DNA of 64,000 bases from the NCBI GenBank assembly GCA_965649295.1, contig CBFGKH010000005.1:123937-187936 (forward strand). The letters are read 5' to 3'. The DNA is from a candidate division WOR-3 bacterium (GTDB lineage Bacteria; Hydrothermota; Tepidihabitantia; Tepidihabitantales; Tepidihabitantaceae). Under the pieces are notes generated by a model. The model did not search any database. It had not been told where the DNA came from and saw nothing but the letters and a program-made list of their open reading frames with translations. Below are positions 38,390-48,883 of this stretch, in pieces (positions within the stretch are counted from its first letter, which is position 1; every line of letters starts with the position of its first letter). The translations under genes and the position numbers were made by a program.

Positions 38390-39486
38390 GGTTGCGGCGG
38401 GGGGATGTGGGCGGGGCTATTCGATAGCCCCGCCCGACTTTTCGTGGCCGCGCCGAGCTGGCCGCAGCCAGCCAGGATCTGAGAACCCTTGCTACGTCTA
38501 ATTGTAACTGCGCCGACCAGCGGCCAGAGGGCGCGTGCAAAATCATCAACTCGGCCTGGTGACGAGGGTCGCAGCGAACAGCCTGGGAATGGATTGAGTG
38601 GGATAAGATTAAGTTTGCAGGGGAGTCCCCTAAGCAATAGTGCAAGCTGGCGGATATCCCGGTCGCGATCGTTGATTCCAGCAATCATTACATATTCGAT
38701 TGTGACGCGCTTACCACGCTCGGCGGCATAGTGACGCACTGCCGTCATCAATTCGGTGAGTGGATACTGACGGTTGATCGGCATCAAGCGTGATCGAGTA
38801 TCATCGTCGGCGGCATTGAGCGATATTGCCAACCTTGTCTGGAGTGCCGACTTGGCAAGGGAAACAATGCCGGCAGGTATGCCGCTTGTCGAGATGGTTA
38901 TGTGCCGCGCGCCGACTCCGATTGCCTCATCGTCGTTGATGACATCAACAGCGGCACTGACAGCGTCGAGGTTCAACAGTGGCTCTCCCATGCCCATGAA
39001 GACTACATTGGTCAGAACCGGCTGAATCTGTCCGCCCTGCCGTGCGGCGACGAAGTCCCTTACTGCCAATACTTGCATGGCGATCTCGTACCATGCCAGA
39101 TTGCGTCTTAATCCCAGTCTGGCTGTTGCACAGAACCTACAACCAAGGCCGCAGCCGACTTGTGAAGATACACAGACGGTGCGTCGGGCACCATCGGGAA
39201 GGAAGACCGATTCGACAATCTCGCCATCAGTCAGCTGCCAAGCGAACTTGATTGTTCCATCTTCGTCAGCATCTATCCGGGCTGGTCGTAGCGAACCGAG
39301 GCTATAGTGCTTGGCGAGCTGCTCACGTTGAGCCTTGCTCAGATTAGTCATCGCCTCGAGGCTCTTGACCCCCTTCCGCCAGAGCCAGCCATAAAGCTGG
39401 CGGCTGCGATAAGGTTCCCAACCGAGATTGCTACAAAGGCTCTTTATTTGTGAGAAAGTGAGCGAACGCAAGTCAATCAGCTTCAT
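38386..39486 (-). CDS. rlmN: 23S rRNA m2A2503/tRNA methyltransferase RlmN (radical SAM)
   Basis: CVSSQVGC..GC.FCAT, MGMGEP, ISL, GCGQL. Confidence 0.96.
   Translation of the reverse strand: MKLIDLRSLTFSQIKSLCSNLGWEPYRSRQLYGWLWRKGVKSLEAMTNLSKAQREQLAKHYSLGSLRPARIDADEDGTIKFAWQLTDGEIVESVFLPDGARRTVCVSSQVGCGLGCRFCATARLGLRRNLAWYEIAMQVLAVRDFVAARQGGQIQPVLTNVVFMGMGEPLLNLDAVSAAVDVINDDEAIGVGARHITISTSGIPAGIVSLAKSALQTRLAISLNAADDDTRSRLMPINRQYPLTELMTAVRHYAAERGKRVTIEYVMIAGINDRDRDIRQLALLLRGLPCKLNLIPLNPFPGCSLRPSSPGRVDDFARALWPLVGAVTIRRSKGSQILAGCGQLGAATKSRAGLSNSPAHIPPPQP
38409..38442 (+). terminator. Terminator hairpin after the large secreted protein (inside the rlmN 3' end)
   Basis: GGGCGGGGCTAT-tcg-ATAGCCCCGCCC followed by GACTTTT. 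Confidence 0.65.
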
Positions 39487-39489
39487 AGG

Positions 39490-40665
39490 TTAGTCGGACC
39501 GCCTGCTCAGATTAAGTGCAAGCCCAACCATTGCGAAGTTAGAGACGAGCGCTGACCCGCCATAGCTAATAAATGGTAACGGAATACCGGTCACTGGCAG
39601 CAAGCCGACAAGCATCCCGATGTTGACGACTACCTGGTAAGCGATAACCGTTGTTACGCCTACTACAACTTGAGACGCAAATCGATCGCGTGTCGCCAAG
39701 GCAAGCTCCAACAATTGATGGAGCAAGTAGGCAAAGAGTCCTATTACGACCAGGCCGCCAACCAGTCCTAGCTCTTCGGCGATGCTGGAGAAGGCGAAGT
39801 CAGTGTGACGATTAGGCAAGAAACCAAGTCGTTTCTGCGTACCACGGAATAGTCCCTTGCCCCAGATTCTGCCTGAGCCAATAGCAATTTGAGATTGAAT
39901 GACGTTCCAGCTCAAACCATGAGGATCAAGCCAAGGTGCGGCGAAGGCGATGAGCCGTGCCCTCTGATAGTCTTTAAGCAGGGAGAGAACGATCGGTGAT
40001 AGCAGACCGAAAACAATACTCAGGCCCAGACCAACCAAAGCTCGAAGCAGGGTCGTACGAAGCAAGAGGACTATGGCCAGCAATACGAAGAATGTAGCCC
40101 AGGTCTGGAGCGAGAACCCAGCGGCAAAAGAGAGAATGGGTATGAACAATACAAGGACATGGAGGGGACGTGCGCCCTGCCAGTAGAGCATTGTGGCCAG
40201 CACTGGCGCAAAGACCAGGCCAGTACTTAGATCAGGTTCAATGATAATCAATAGCGCAGGTAGGACTGCGATGATAACGGGAAGGGCAAGGTCAGCAAAA
40301 CTGAGCTTGACTATCCTCCTTAGGCTCAACTGTTTGGCTAGCATTAGCACCGTCGCTATCTTGGCAAACTCCGATGGCTGAATCATGAGAGGACCAAGGG
40401 CAAACCAACGGTGCGAACCCGGCCCGCTGCCCACAGCTAGGACAGCGAGCAGACTAAGGACGGCGACGGTGTAGATTGCCTCAACCGCTGCATAGAGTAC
40501 TTTAGCAGGAATTAGGTAGCAGCCGAGACCGATACCGACTGCTATCGGGAGGAAAACTAATTGACGAACGAAGTAGTGGTTGCCACCTGCCGAAAGAATG
40601 GCCACTAACCCAACGGCAGCGAGCAGCAGCGTTGCAGCCACGATTCGCAAGTCAAAATGGCGCAT
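39490..40665 (-). CDS. rodA: Rod shape-determining protein RodA
   Basis: IQPSEFAK, EPDL.T, IAIGSG, FLP..HTDF, P.TGIPLPFISYGGS. Confidence 0.95.
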   Translation of the reverse strand: MRHFDLRIVAATLLLAAVGLVAILSAGGNHYFVRQLVFLPIAVGIGLGCYLIPAKVLYAAVEAIYTVAVLSLLAVLAVGSGPGSHRWFALGPLMIQPSEFAKIATVLMLAKQLSLRRIVKLSFADLALPVIIAVLPALLIIIEPDLSTGLVFAPVLATMLYWQGARPLHVLVLFIPILSFAAGFSLQTWATFFVLLAIVLLLRTTLLRALVGLGLSIVFGLLSPIVLSLLKDYQRARLIAFAAPWLDPHGLSWNVIQSQIAIGSGRIWGKGLFRGTQKRLGFLPNRHTDFAFSSIAEELGLVGGLVVIGLFAYLLHQLLELALATRDRFASQVVVGVTTVIAYQVVVNIGMLVGLLPVTGIPLPFISYGGSALVSNFAMVGLALNLSRRSD

Positions 40666-40692
40666 GGCTAACGACAGTACATATCAGCGCCC

Positions 40693-42546
40693 TTATTGGC
40701 CATCAACGAGTGGCTTCGGTGTTATCGTTTCGTGAGGCTGCGCGGCCGGCTCAGTATCGATATCGGCAGTTTGCCGCGAAGGTAGCGCAAGCCGATCAGA
40801 CTCGTCAGGGTAAAACCAGGCTCGGACAAGTTGACCCACGATTGGTGCCGCAATCGCACCGCCGTGGCCAGCGTTCTCAACGATTACTGCGAAGGCCACT
40901 TCTGGCGCATCGGCTGGCGCGTAGCCAACAAACCAGGCGTGGTCCTGCCGTGGCGGATTCTGAGCAGTACCTGTCTTGCCAGCAATCGTCACTCCGCTGA
41001 AACGAGCGCTCGTAGCCGTCCCATGCTCAACAACACGAGTCATAGCCTGTTTGATTATCGCGATGTCTTGATTGGCGAACCGCATAGGTTCGCGTTCAAT
41101 CTTTCTACTGAAAACCACGTGGCCAGCAGAGTCGATGCGAGCCACAACGTGTGGCCGACAACGAATACCGTCGGCAGCGACGGCTGCGTAGACGCTGGCC
41201 AGTTGTAATGGAGTGACCTGAATCTCGCCTTGGCCGATGCCAAAATTCAGCACTGACCCAGCACCCCAGCCGCCTTTGCCATAACGTTTGTCGAGCCAAG
41301 CGCGGTCCGGGATAATACCAGGTTTTTCGCCAGGTATATCAATACCAGTAAGCTGACCAAGGTGACAATCGCGCATGAAACTGGTCAGACGGTCAAGTCC
41401 GACAGTCAGCCCCAACTGATAAAAGTAGACATTGCACGAGTAGGTGATGGCACCAATGAGGTCGAGACTACCGTGTGTACCATTGCAACGGAAGATACGA
41501 TTGCCGTACTTGTAGGAACCGGTACAGGGGGTGAATCGGGTTGTACGAGAAATTGTGCCGTCGTTCAAAGCACCGAGAGCAATTAGCGGTTTTATCGTTG
41601 AACCAGGAGGGTAGCACGATGTTACGGCACGATTGTAGAATGGCTTAGACTGATTACTTGTCAGCGATTCCCAAATTGCGGAGTTGATGCGGCCAAGAAA
41701 GAGATTGGGATCAAAAGCGGGGTAAGAGACAAGACAGAGTATATCGCCGGTACGAACATCGATGCCAACTGCCGCTCCACGTTGATAGTTTCGGAGAAAA
41801 CGATATGCTAGGCACTGGAGTCGGTCGGATACGGTCAGATGCAGGTCATGTCCAGGCACCGGTTCCCGAGAGCCCCCTTCCGGTAGCGGCCCGAGTTCCT
41901 GTCCCCGGGCATCAACTTCAACATAGACATAGCCGTTACGGCCACGCAGAAACCGTTCATAACCGAGTTCGATTCCGGATCGACCGACATAGTCAAGCCG
42001 GCGCAAGCTAGTGTCAGCCTGGAGTTCAGCGTCGGTGACTTCACCGATGTGACCAATTAGATGGGCGTATGGCGCTCCATTAGGGTAGCTGCGAATAGGA
42101 TCAACGCGAATGTGGACGCCTCCTAGACGAAAGTTGTTCTCTTCAATACGAGCCACTTCTTCAATGCTTAGGTTGCGTTTAATATTGACAGGTGCGGTGT
42201 AGCGCGCCACCGGCCGAATCCGGGCCTCGAGTTCGTCGGCCGGGATTTCTAGCAGCTTGGCCAGCAAAGCAAGAGCACCTGGCGCGAGTTCAGTCGGGAC
42301 AACGGTGCAAGTGAAGGAAGGTCTTGTTTCAGCCAGCACCTTGCCATCACGATCGAAGATCCGTCCGCGAGGGGCAGGTAGTAGTATCTCGCGAATACGG
42401 TTGCGATCACTGAGACGAGCATACCGTGGCCCCTGGAGGATTTGCAGTTGTACTAGGCGCAGTACAAGCAGTACGAACAAACCGAGCAGCAATGCCACAA
42501 GCCGGCGAAAGCGGTGCTGCTCCGGTCGGATCAAGCCAACTGCCAT
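40693..42546 (-). CDS. mrdA: Penicillin-binding protein 2
   Basis: APRGRI.DR.G, PGSTIK (SxxK), SCN, GKTGTAQ; start trimmed to ATG 42546. Confidence 0.95.
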   Translation of the reverse strand: MAVGLIRPEQHRFRRLVALLLGLFVLLVLRLVQLQILQGPRYARLSDRNRIREILLPAPRGRIFDRDGKVLAETRPSFTCTVVPTELAPGALALLAKLLEIPADELEARIRPVARYTAPVNIKRNLSIEEVARIEENNFRLGGVHIRVDPIRSYPNGAPYAHLIGHIGEVTDAELQADTSLRRLDYVGRSGIELGYERFLRGRNGYVYVEVDARGQELGPLPEGGSREPVPGHDLHLTVSDRLQCLAYRFLRNYQRGAAVGIDVRTGDILCLVSYPAFDPNLFLGRINSAIWESLTSNQSKPFYNRAVTSCYPPGSTIKPLIALGALNDGTISRTTRFTPCTGSYKYGNRIFRCNGTHGSLDLIGAITYSCNVYFYQLGLTVGLDRLTSFMRDCHLGQLTGIDIPGEKPGIIPDRAWLDKRYGKGGWGAGSVLNFGIGQGEIQVTPLQLASVYAAVAADGIRCRPHVVARIDSAGHVVFSRKIEREPMRFANQDIAIIKQAMTRVVEHGTATSARFSGVTIAGKTGTAQNPPRQDHAWFVGYAPADAPEVAFAVIVENAGHGGAIAAPIVGQLVRAWFYPDESDRLALPSRQTADIDTEPAAQPHETITPKPLVDGQ

Positions 42547-42977
42547 CTGCGATAGTACACTCGTCCAAGCAATCGGGCAAAGAATGGGCTTAGTATTAGT
42601 GTGGCTCCCGACGAGACGACCCAAGGTAACAGTTCGACACGGTTGTGCCCAGTGAGCATCAAGATCGTCCATCTCAGACCAATCCCGACAACAACGAGGA
42701 GAGTTGCTGACCAGGTACTACGATAGAGGTGATTGCGGATTGTTGGGCCAAACCAAGCAGTGAGAGCAAGAGTGGCAAGGTGAATACCGGCGGCAGGCGG
42801 TGCAACCAAATCAAGACAAAGTCCTGCCCAAAGCCCCAAAAGAACCGCGGCCAAACGTCCTTCGTGCAGAGCAAAGACAGCCACTGTCAGCAAGACTAGA
42901 TCGGGACCCCACACAGTCAGATATGACTGTATTATGAAAAGTCCATACAGCGTCAAACCGGCAAGAAGATATCGCAT
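42531..42977 (-). CDS. mreD: Rod shape-determining protein MreD
   Basis: PDL, G...GL.LD motifs, hydrophobic; between mreC and mrdA. Confidence 0.8.
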   Translation of the reverse strand: MRYLLAGLTLYGLFIIQSYLTVWGPDLVLLTVAVFALHEGRLAAVLLGLWAGLCLDLVAPPAAGIHLATLALTAWFGPTIRNHLYRSTWSATLLVVVGIGLRWTILMLTGHNRVELLPWVVSSGATLILSPFFARLLGRVYYRRWQLA

Positions 42978-42978
42978 C

Positions 42979-43815
42979 CTAGTCCAAGCCCTCGGGTATT
43001 GCGACTTCAAGAGGAACGAGATTGGCGAGCCAACCGGTAACCAGAGTATCCGGTATTATTATGACAAAGACCTCAGTAAGGGTTGTGAGTTCAGCCGCTG
43101 GTCGTAGCTTGATTTGTTGAAATAGGCCAGTACTGCTGGCCGGTATCGATGTAACGAAACCAACCACGATTCCGCGGGGGAAAATGCCACCAAGGCCGGC
43201 GGTCACAACGGTGTCGCCTACTCGGTAGTCCGCATCCTTAGATACATAGTCAAGGGCAAGCATGCCATCAGCATCGACGCGAGTAAGCGCTGGTACTCGT
43301 GAGCGAAGGTTGACGACAGCAACCCGGCAGTCGGTTGCCAACAGCGTTTGAACAAGGGATTGATGCGGACTGCAGGCAATGGTCTTGCCAACAACACCGT
43401 TTGCCGTGATCACCGGACATCCCTGGTGCACACCCGCAATGGTGCCTGCGCTTATTACAAGATAGCTGCGAAACGTCGTCAGGTCACGGGCAATTACGGT
43501 CGCACGCACCAACGGCAACGTGCTCGGCTTCGATGATGGTGATGTATCGTTCGTAAGCGAGCGCAAACGGGCGTTCTCAATGGCAAGCCTTATCGCGAGG
43601 TCCGCGAGCTGCTGATTCTGATGGCGAAGACTGGTGAGGGTCCTGATTATCTCGTTGCTACCACGTAGCGGCGCCAGTATCACTGTTTGCAGCGGCAGCA
43701 GCAGCGGCATTTTGATTCGTGCCGGTAGAAGAACAAATCCTAGTGCTATCGCGACAATAGCTAGAGAAATCCGGTCGCTCGTGTTGGTCGAACTAAAGAT
43801 GCGGCTCACCGTCAA
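42979..43815 (-). CDS. mreC: Rod shape-determining protein MreC
   Basis: ENARLR coiled coil, GVVG, GD.VVTAGLGGIFPRGI.VG.V. Confidence 0.92.
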   Translation of the reverse strand: MTVSRIFSSTNTSDRISLAIVAIALGFVLLPARIKMPLLLPLQTVILAPLRGSNEIIRTLTSLRHQNQQLADLAIRLAIENARLRSLTNDTSPSSKPSTLPLVRATVIARDLTTFRSYLVISAGTIAGVHQGCPVITANGVVGKTIACSPHQSLVQTLLATDCRVAVVNLRSRVPALTRVDADGMLALDYVSKDADYRVGDTVVTAGLGGIFPRGIVVGFVTSIPASSTGLFQQIKLRPAAELTTLTEVFVIIIPDTLVTGWLANLVPLEVAIPEGLD

Positions 43816-43881
43816 GACCTAGTGTTGTCCACGGCTAAGTAACAACCGCGTGTATCGGAGGAAATTGAATTGCCGACTAGT

Positions 43882-44925
43882 CTACTTGCTGCGGAAGACA
43901 AGCTTCTCGTTGGCGGCAATGTTCTCAAGAATTCGACCCGCGCCGCGTACAACGCTTTCAAGCGGGTTCTCGGCAACAAAGACGGGCAGGCTTGTTTCTT
44001 CCTTCACCAGCAAGTCGAGCCCCCGCAACAGGGCGCCACCACCGCACATATAAATGCCACGGTCAACGATGTCGGCAGCCAATTCTGGTGGTGTCTTTTC
44101 CAGCGCAAGCCGAACCGCATCAATAATCAGCGAAACAGGCTCTTCCAGTGATTCACGAACCTTGGTATTTGTGATGCGAATTGTCTTAGGTATGCCCGAA
44201 ACCAGGTCGCGTCCCTTGACCTCCATTGTCTCTTCCTTGCCGGTGGCATAGGCAGAGCCAATGGTCATCTTGATATTCTCCGCGGTCTGTTCGCCGATTA
44301 TGAGATTGTAGTTCTTCTTTATGTAGTTGATAATCGCTTCGTCCATTTCATCGCCGGCAACACGCACCGAAGCGGCATTGACAACTCCAGATAGGGCGAC
44401 GACTGCGATTTCGGTTGTGCCGCCGCCGATATCTATAATCATGTTGCCAGTGGGTGCCTCCACCGGTAGGCCAACGCCGATGGCAGCGGCAACTGGTTCA
44501 GAAACAAGATAGATCTCGCGAGCCCCAGAAGCCTCAACTGAGTCACGCACGGCCCGCTTTTCGACCTCAGTAATACCAGAAGGTACGCAAACGATCACTC
44601 GTGGTCGTACAAACAACTTCTTGCGTTGAACAATCCCGATATAGGTCTTGAGCATTATCTCGACGATTCCGAAATCGGCGATTACGCCATCCTTCATAGG
44701 TCGGATTGCCAATATGCCTTCTGGTGTTCGGCCAAGCATACGTTTCGCCTCGGTACCGACCGCCACCACTTCACGAGTTGCCTCGTCGATCGCGACGATC
44801 GACGGTTCGCGAAGTTCGATACCTTTGCCTTTGACGTAGATTAACGTTGAGGAAGTACCGAGGTCGATCGCGATATCATTGGTGAAACGTTCGGTGAAAC
44901 TCCGCATGAGGGAAGCCACTGTCAC
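43882..44925 (-). CDS. mreB: Rod shape-determining protein MreB
   Basis: IDLGT, EPS.VA, RPMKDGVIADF, DIGGGTT, GGGALL. Confidence 0.98.
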   Translation of the reverse strand: MTVASLMRSFTERFTNDIAIDLGTSSTLIYVKGKGIELREPSIVAIDEATREVVAVGTEAKRMLGRTPEGILAIRPMKDGVIADFGIVEIMLKTYIGIVQRKKLFVRPRVIVCVPSGITEVEKRAVRDSVEASGAREIYLVSEPVAAAIGVGLPVEAPTGNMIIDIGGGTTEIAVVALSGVVNAASVRVAGDEMDEAIINYIKKNYNLIIGEQTAENIKMTIGSAYATGKEETMEVKGRDLVSGIPKTIRITNTKVRESLEEPVSLIIDAVRLALEKTPPELAADIVDRGIYMCGGGALLRGLDLLVKEETSLPVFVAENPLESVVRGAGRILENIAANEKLVFRSK

Positions 44926-45247
44926 GCGGATAGCGTAGCCGATAGACCATTACTGTCAAGCGACATTGTGTTTGCCTGCGTTGTGATCTCGAAGCAGTCG
45001 ATTGTCGTGTCAACGTTTTCGTCAGCCAGCTTACAAGTCGAGACTGACGCCGCCAAGGCTGGTGTCGTCTCGGTAACATCGTCTCTTGCCATTGATAGGC
45101 AATCGGCGACTGCTTGATCATATGCAGTTCCGAAAACGATACCTATCCTGCTCTAAGGCAACTCTGGATTCGTAACTGACCACGGGGATTGCAAAGCTGA
45201 TCTATCTAGTCAGGTGCCAGTTCGTATATCGCCGACTGATGATATCG

Positions 45248-46699
45248 CTATTTTACAACAATCAGGGGGACAGAAATGGTACCGGAGCGGAGGAAGTAAA
45301 CGCCTGTGGGAAGACTGGCCGTCTGGAATGTTAGGTCCTGACAAACGAAAGAACGCAAGGGTCTTCCGGTCGCTGAGACAAGCATGAGTCTAGCTTGACT
45401 GGCAATAGGGGAGGGCCCCACGCTTACTGAAACACAGGTCCCGCTACGACAGACCGATGGAGTAACGGTCAGTGTTGGTTGGCTATTCTTCCGAGGACAA
45501 ACTGTCTCGTTCACCGGTACCGAGGCTGCGTAGCAACGCAACAGCGTGCCCGGGCCTGAAGTCACAAGTAGATTCGGTTCGGTCAGTGCCGGACCACTGT
45601 AGTAATTATAGGCTATCGGATCATACCAAAGTATCTGAAGCATAGAGTCGAGAGCATACAGGCCTACTCCACCGCTCATCGTGCTGATGTTCGCGTAGAT
45701 ATTGCCATGTCGGTCAACTGACACCCGGGGCACAATATTCTCGGGCGCGAGTTCTGGTGACTCACGTAGCGTCTGCCCAGTAAGACGATCGAGTATAACG
45801 AGGCGGCGGCCGTCAGCGGCGATCAGGTTACTATCTCGCGTTGAACCAAAGTTCATCCAGACTCCTCCATCGAGTCCACTGCGGATCCAGAGTTGCCGGA
45901 ATCCAGAATCCCGCGAATAGCGTAGAGCATAGAGATCACCACCGTCGCGCTGAAGATAGAGTATACCATCAGGGCCGATGGCAAATGGCCACTCTTGGTC
46001 GCCATCGCCGGGCAGGACGGCGGATGAGTCTCTGATGACGCCGGTCTCAATGTCAATGGCTAGCAGTCGCTTGGGAGTATTGATGTACCCCGTCCACGTA
46101 AAAAGGATACCATCATGTGCTGCCAACCATTCGGCACCGGTGTTGGGGATGGGTCGATTGTTGGTCCACACGGTATCCCCAGTTAAGTGACCCAAACGGA
46201 CAATTCCAAACTCCCCACCGGGAAAGATTGGATCACCATTGGCAGCGAGAACTGCATCCCAGACAATACCGAGATTTGCCGTCCAACGCGACTGCCAGAG
46301 GATATCGCCATTCGCCGCATCAATACAGAAAACAGAGTCGTGACCTGTCTCACGGAAGTTGCGGACATATATGCGGCCGTTCATGAATCCCATTGGAATG
46401 AACTTACCGCCGGGCCTATATAGACGAGCCCACAAGCTCTCGCCGGTACGCAAGCTGTGGCAGACCAACGGTCCCTGCATTGGGCTAAAACTGTAGCGCA
46501 TTGTTACGAGGCGGTCCTGCCATGTATAGACTGGCATGGTTATGGTACCGGGTAGCGTATTGCTTTCCCAGGCTAGCGTACGAACGGCCGGACCGAGCTC
46601 GTCAGAGAGACCGTTGCGTTCATTGGCGCCGCCGGTGTTGGGCCAGAATCCGGCAATAGCGTAGCTAAAGATCAACGTAATGGTTACGATACAACGCAT
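45248..46699 (-). CDS. Secreted PQQ-like beta-propeller protein with T9SS-type C-terminal domain
   Basis: WP..GG...RNG N-terminus, repeated TG...W blades, SATGR...LPTGVYF tail. Confidence 0.7.
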   Translation of the reverse strand: MRCIVTITLIFSYAIAGFWPNTGGANERNGLSDELGPAVRTLAWESNTLPGTITMPVYTWQDRLVTMRYSFSPMQGPLVCHSLRTGESLWARLYRPGGKFIPMGFMNGRIYVRNFRETGHDSVFCIDAANGDILWQSRWTANLGIVWDAVLAANGDPIFPGGEFGIVRLGHLTGDTVWTNNRPIPNTGAEWLAAHDGILFTWTGYINTPKRLLAIDIETGVIRDSSAVLPGDGDQEWPFAIGPDGILYLQRDGGDLYALRYSRDSGFRQLWIRSGLDGGVWMNFGSTRDSNLIAADGRRLVILDRLTGQTLRESPELAPENIVPRVSVDRHGNIYANISTMSGGVGLYALDSMLQILWYDPIAYNYYSGPALTEPNLLVTSGPGTLLRCYAASVPVNETVCPRKNSQPTLTVTPSVCRSGTCVSVSVGPSPIASQARLMLVSATGRPLRSFVCQDLTFQTASLPTGVYFLRSGTISVPLIVVK

Positions 46700-46798
46700 G
46701 ATACTACCTAATTAGTGTAATTGTGACTCGTTGTCTTGCTGCTGTCAAACGCGCGACTTGGGTTTGACAGGCTGACCTCGGTGCCTAGATTAGACGTT

Positions 46799-47446
46799 GT
46801 GGCTGAAGATACCGATCGGATGCATTCGGACGTCAGAGCGGTTGCGCTAGTAAGTGCTGCCTATATTGCCGCTCAGATGCTTGCTGATATCGCCAGCCTG
46901 CGAATAGTTGTCGTTGCTGGCCTAAGCGTTGACGCAGGAACGCTAGTCTATCCATTTACATTCACACTGCGCGACCTCGTTCACAAGACTGGCGGGATCA
47001 AGACCGCACGGGTGCTGATCGTTGCCGCTGCTGTGATCAACCTGCTGATGGCCGGACTCTTCTGGCTAGTTGCCCGTATGCCGCCAGACATGCAAGTGGG
47101 AACCCAGAATGAATTTGGAATGGTTCTCGCGCCGGTCTGGCGGATAGTCATTGCCTCGATTGTCGCCGAAGTCGTCTCTGAACTGGTTGACGGTGAGGTT
47201 TATCAGCTTTGGGTAAACCGCTTTGGACACAAACGCCAGTGGCTAAGAGTGCTGACCTCGAACGCGGTCAGCGTCCCACTTGACTCGTTTCTGTTTTGTG
47301 GCTTGGCGTTTGTGGGGAGGATGCCACTGCCCGTAGTTGGTGCAATACTCTTGGCAAATGTCATTGCCAAGGGATTGACTACACTTGTGTCGCTGCCGAT
47401 GATATACCTAGTTCGCGAGCGGCACGCGCTGATCGGTGACTGCTGA
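46799..47446 (+). CDS. Queuosine precursor transporter (YhhQ/VUT family)
   Basis: G.LVYP.TF..RD.V...G, RI..AS.VA..VSE..D, R.L.SN.VS...DS.LF...AF. Confidence 0.85.
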   Translation: MAEDTDRMHSDVRAVALVSAAYIAAQMLADIASLRIVVVAGLSVDAGTLVYPFTFTLRDLVHKTGGIKTARVLIVAAAVINLLMAGLFWLVARMPPDMQVGTQNEFGMVLAPVWRIVIASIVAEVVSELVDGEVYQLWVNRFGHKRQWLRVLTSNAVSVPLDSFLFCGLAFVGRMPLPVVGAILLANVIAKGLTTLVSLPMIYLVRERHALIGDC

Positions 47447-47504
47447 TTGTTGACTTGGTGTCAAGATTTGGTAGTCATTTATCATAACCGAAATGGAGGC
47501 GAGA

Positions 47505-47804
47505 ATGCCGATTTACGAGTATCAATGCGAAAGCTGCGGGAAGAAATTTGACGTGATGGCAACGCTGACCGAGAAGGAAGCCGGGCTTAACCCGGTCTGC
47601 CCAAAGTGCGGCAGCAAACGGACCCGGCAGGTCTTTGGTCGTTTTACCCTACTTGCCAGTTCCAAGGCCAGTGACGATTTTGGCGCCGAAGACGAAACAG
47701 GTAGTGACTCTGGTTTGGACAACGATGATGATTCCGGGATTGATGAGTACGGAGACGAGGACCTCGACACTTTGGACGGCTCGGGTGACCTCGATGACAT
47801 CTAG
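47505..47804 (+). CDS. FmdB-family zinc-ribbon protein with acidic tail
   Basis: MPIYEYQC..CG..F...CP.CGS, then a D/E-rich C-terminus. Confidence 0.85.
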   Translation: MPIYEYQCESCGKKFDVMATLTEKEAGLNPVCPKCGSKRTRQVFGRFTLLASSKASDDFGAEDETGSDSGLDNDDDSGIDEYGDEDLDTLDGSGDLDDI

Positions 47805-47858
47805 AGAGTTCTGTCGGTCATTTGACTATGACATTGCCATAATGATCTAAAGGAGAAC

Positions 47859-48365
47859 GTGATGCACTGGTACGACTGGGTCGGCTTGGCTACACTGGTG
47901 GTAGTTACGGTAGTTCAGACTGTCCGCGGAACAAAGATGGGTATTGGTTTGGTACTCTTTGAAGCAGCTGCACTGATTGTAGCAGCGGTCGGCGCAACCG
48001 CGATTGGCGGGCCACTGGCTGAGCTTATTCATGTGCAGAAGGCGGTAGCGATAATCATCACCTTCCTTCTGTTCGGCATTCTCGGTTTCATCGTCGCGCA
48101 CTGGTTCTACGCACTCTTGCCGTGGTCGTCAGAGTCCCTCGACGGATTTCTGAGCTTGTTCTGTGGGCTGGCTGCTGGTTGGACGATTGCGCACATGGTG
48201 CTGCGGATTATTATCGAGTCACAGGGGCCAAACGGGGAGGTCGCGAGCATGGTTGCCAACTCGGTGATCGTACGTGAGCTCTACGGTTTTCATACTTGGA
48301 ACGCGATTCTCCGGCTGCTTTTCCGGGCAAAGCTTGGGCCGGAAATCAACCCGGACCAGGGTTAG
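47859..48365 (+). CDS. CvpA-like membrane protein
   Basis: MHWYD...L...RG...G, LD..L...CG, S.I.RE; paralog of 27770..28261. Confidence 0.6.
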   Translation: MMHWYDWVGLATLVVVTVVQTVRGTKMGIGLVLFEAAALIVAAVGATAIGGPLAELIHVQKAVAIIITFLLFGILGFIVAHWFYALLPWSSESLDGFLSLFCGLAAGWTIAHMVLRIIIESQGPNGEVASMVANSVIVRELYGFHTWNAILRLLFRAKLGPEINPDQG

Positions 48366-48373
48366 TCCATCGC

Positions 48374-48883
48374 GTGCTGCAGGTATATACTGGCGACGGT
48401 AAGGGTAAGACAACCGCTGCGCTCGGCCTGGCATTGCGGGCTGCCGGCCACGGCTGGCGGGTGGGCATAATTCAATTCATGAAGGGCAGTACGGATTACG
48501 GCGAGTTAGCGAGTTTGGCTAACCTGCCCGGAATCGAGCTTACCCAGACTGGTTTGCCAACATTTGTCGAGCGCGGTAATCCAACCCAAGAAGATTTGGC
48601 CGAGGCCAAACGCGGACTCCAGCTGGCACAGGTTGCCATTGCGTCAGGCCGTTACCGACTACTAATCCTTGACGAGTTGAACGTGGCGATCGATTATGGT
48701 CTGGTACCGCTTGCCGACGTGCTGACGCTTGTTGACGCTTGCCCTGCAGAACTGGAGCTTGTAATTACAGGCCGCCGGGCGCGACCCGAACTCATTGAAC
48801 GGGCAGCGCTGGTCAGCGAGATTCATGAGGTCAAGCACCCATATCGGCTGGGAATTGTGAACCGTGTCGGCATCGACTACTAG
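48374..48883 (+). CDS. cobO: Cob(I)alamin adenosyltransferase (CobA/BtuR/CobO type)
   Basis: YTGDGKGKTTAALG.ALRA.G, QFMK, LILDE, ELVITGR, KHP. Confidence 0.92.
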   Translation: MLQVYTGDGKGKTTAALGLALRAAGHGWRVGIIQFMKGSTDYGELASLANLPGIELTQTGLPTFVERGNPTQEDLAEAKRGLQLAQVAIASGRYRLLILDELNVAIDYGLVPLADVLTLVDACPAELELVITGRRARPELIERAALVSEIHEVKHPYRLGIVNRVGIDY

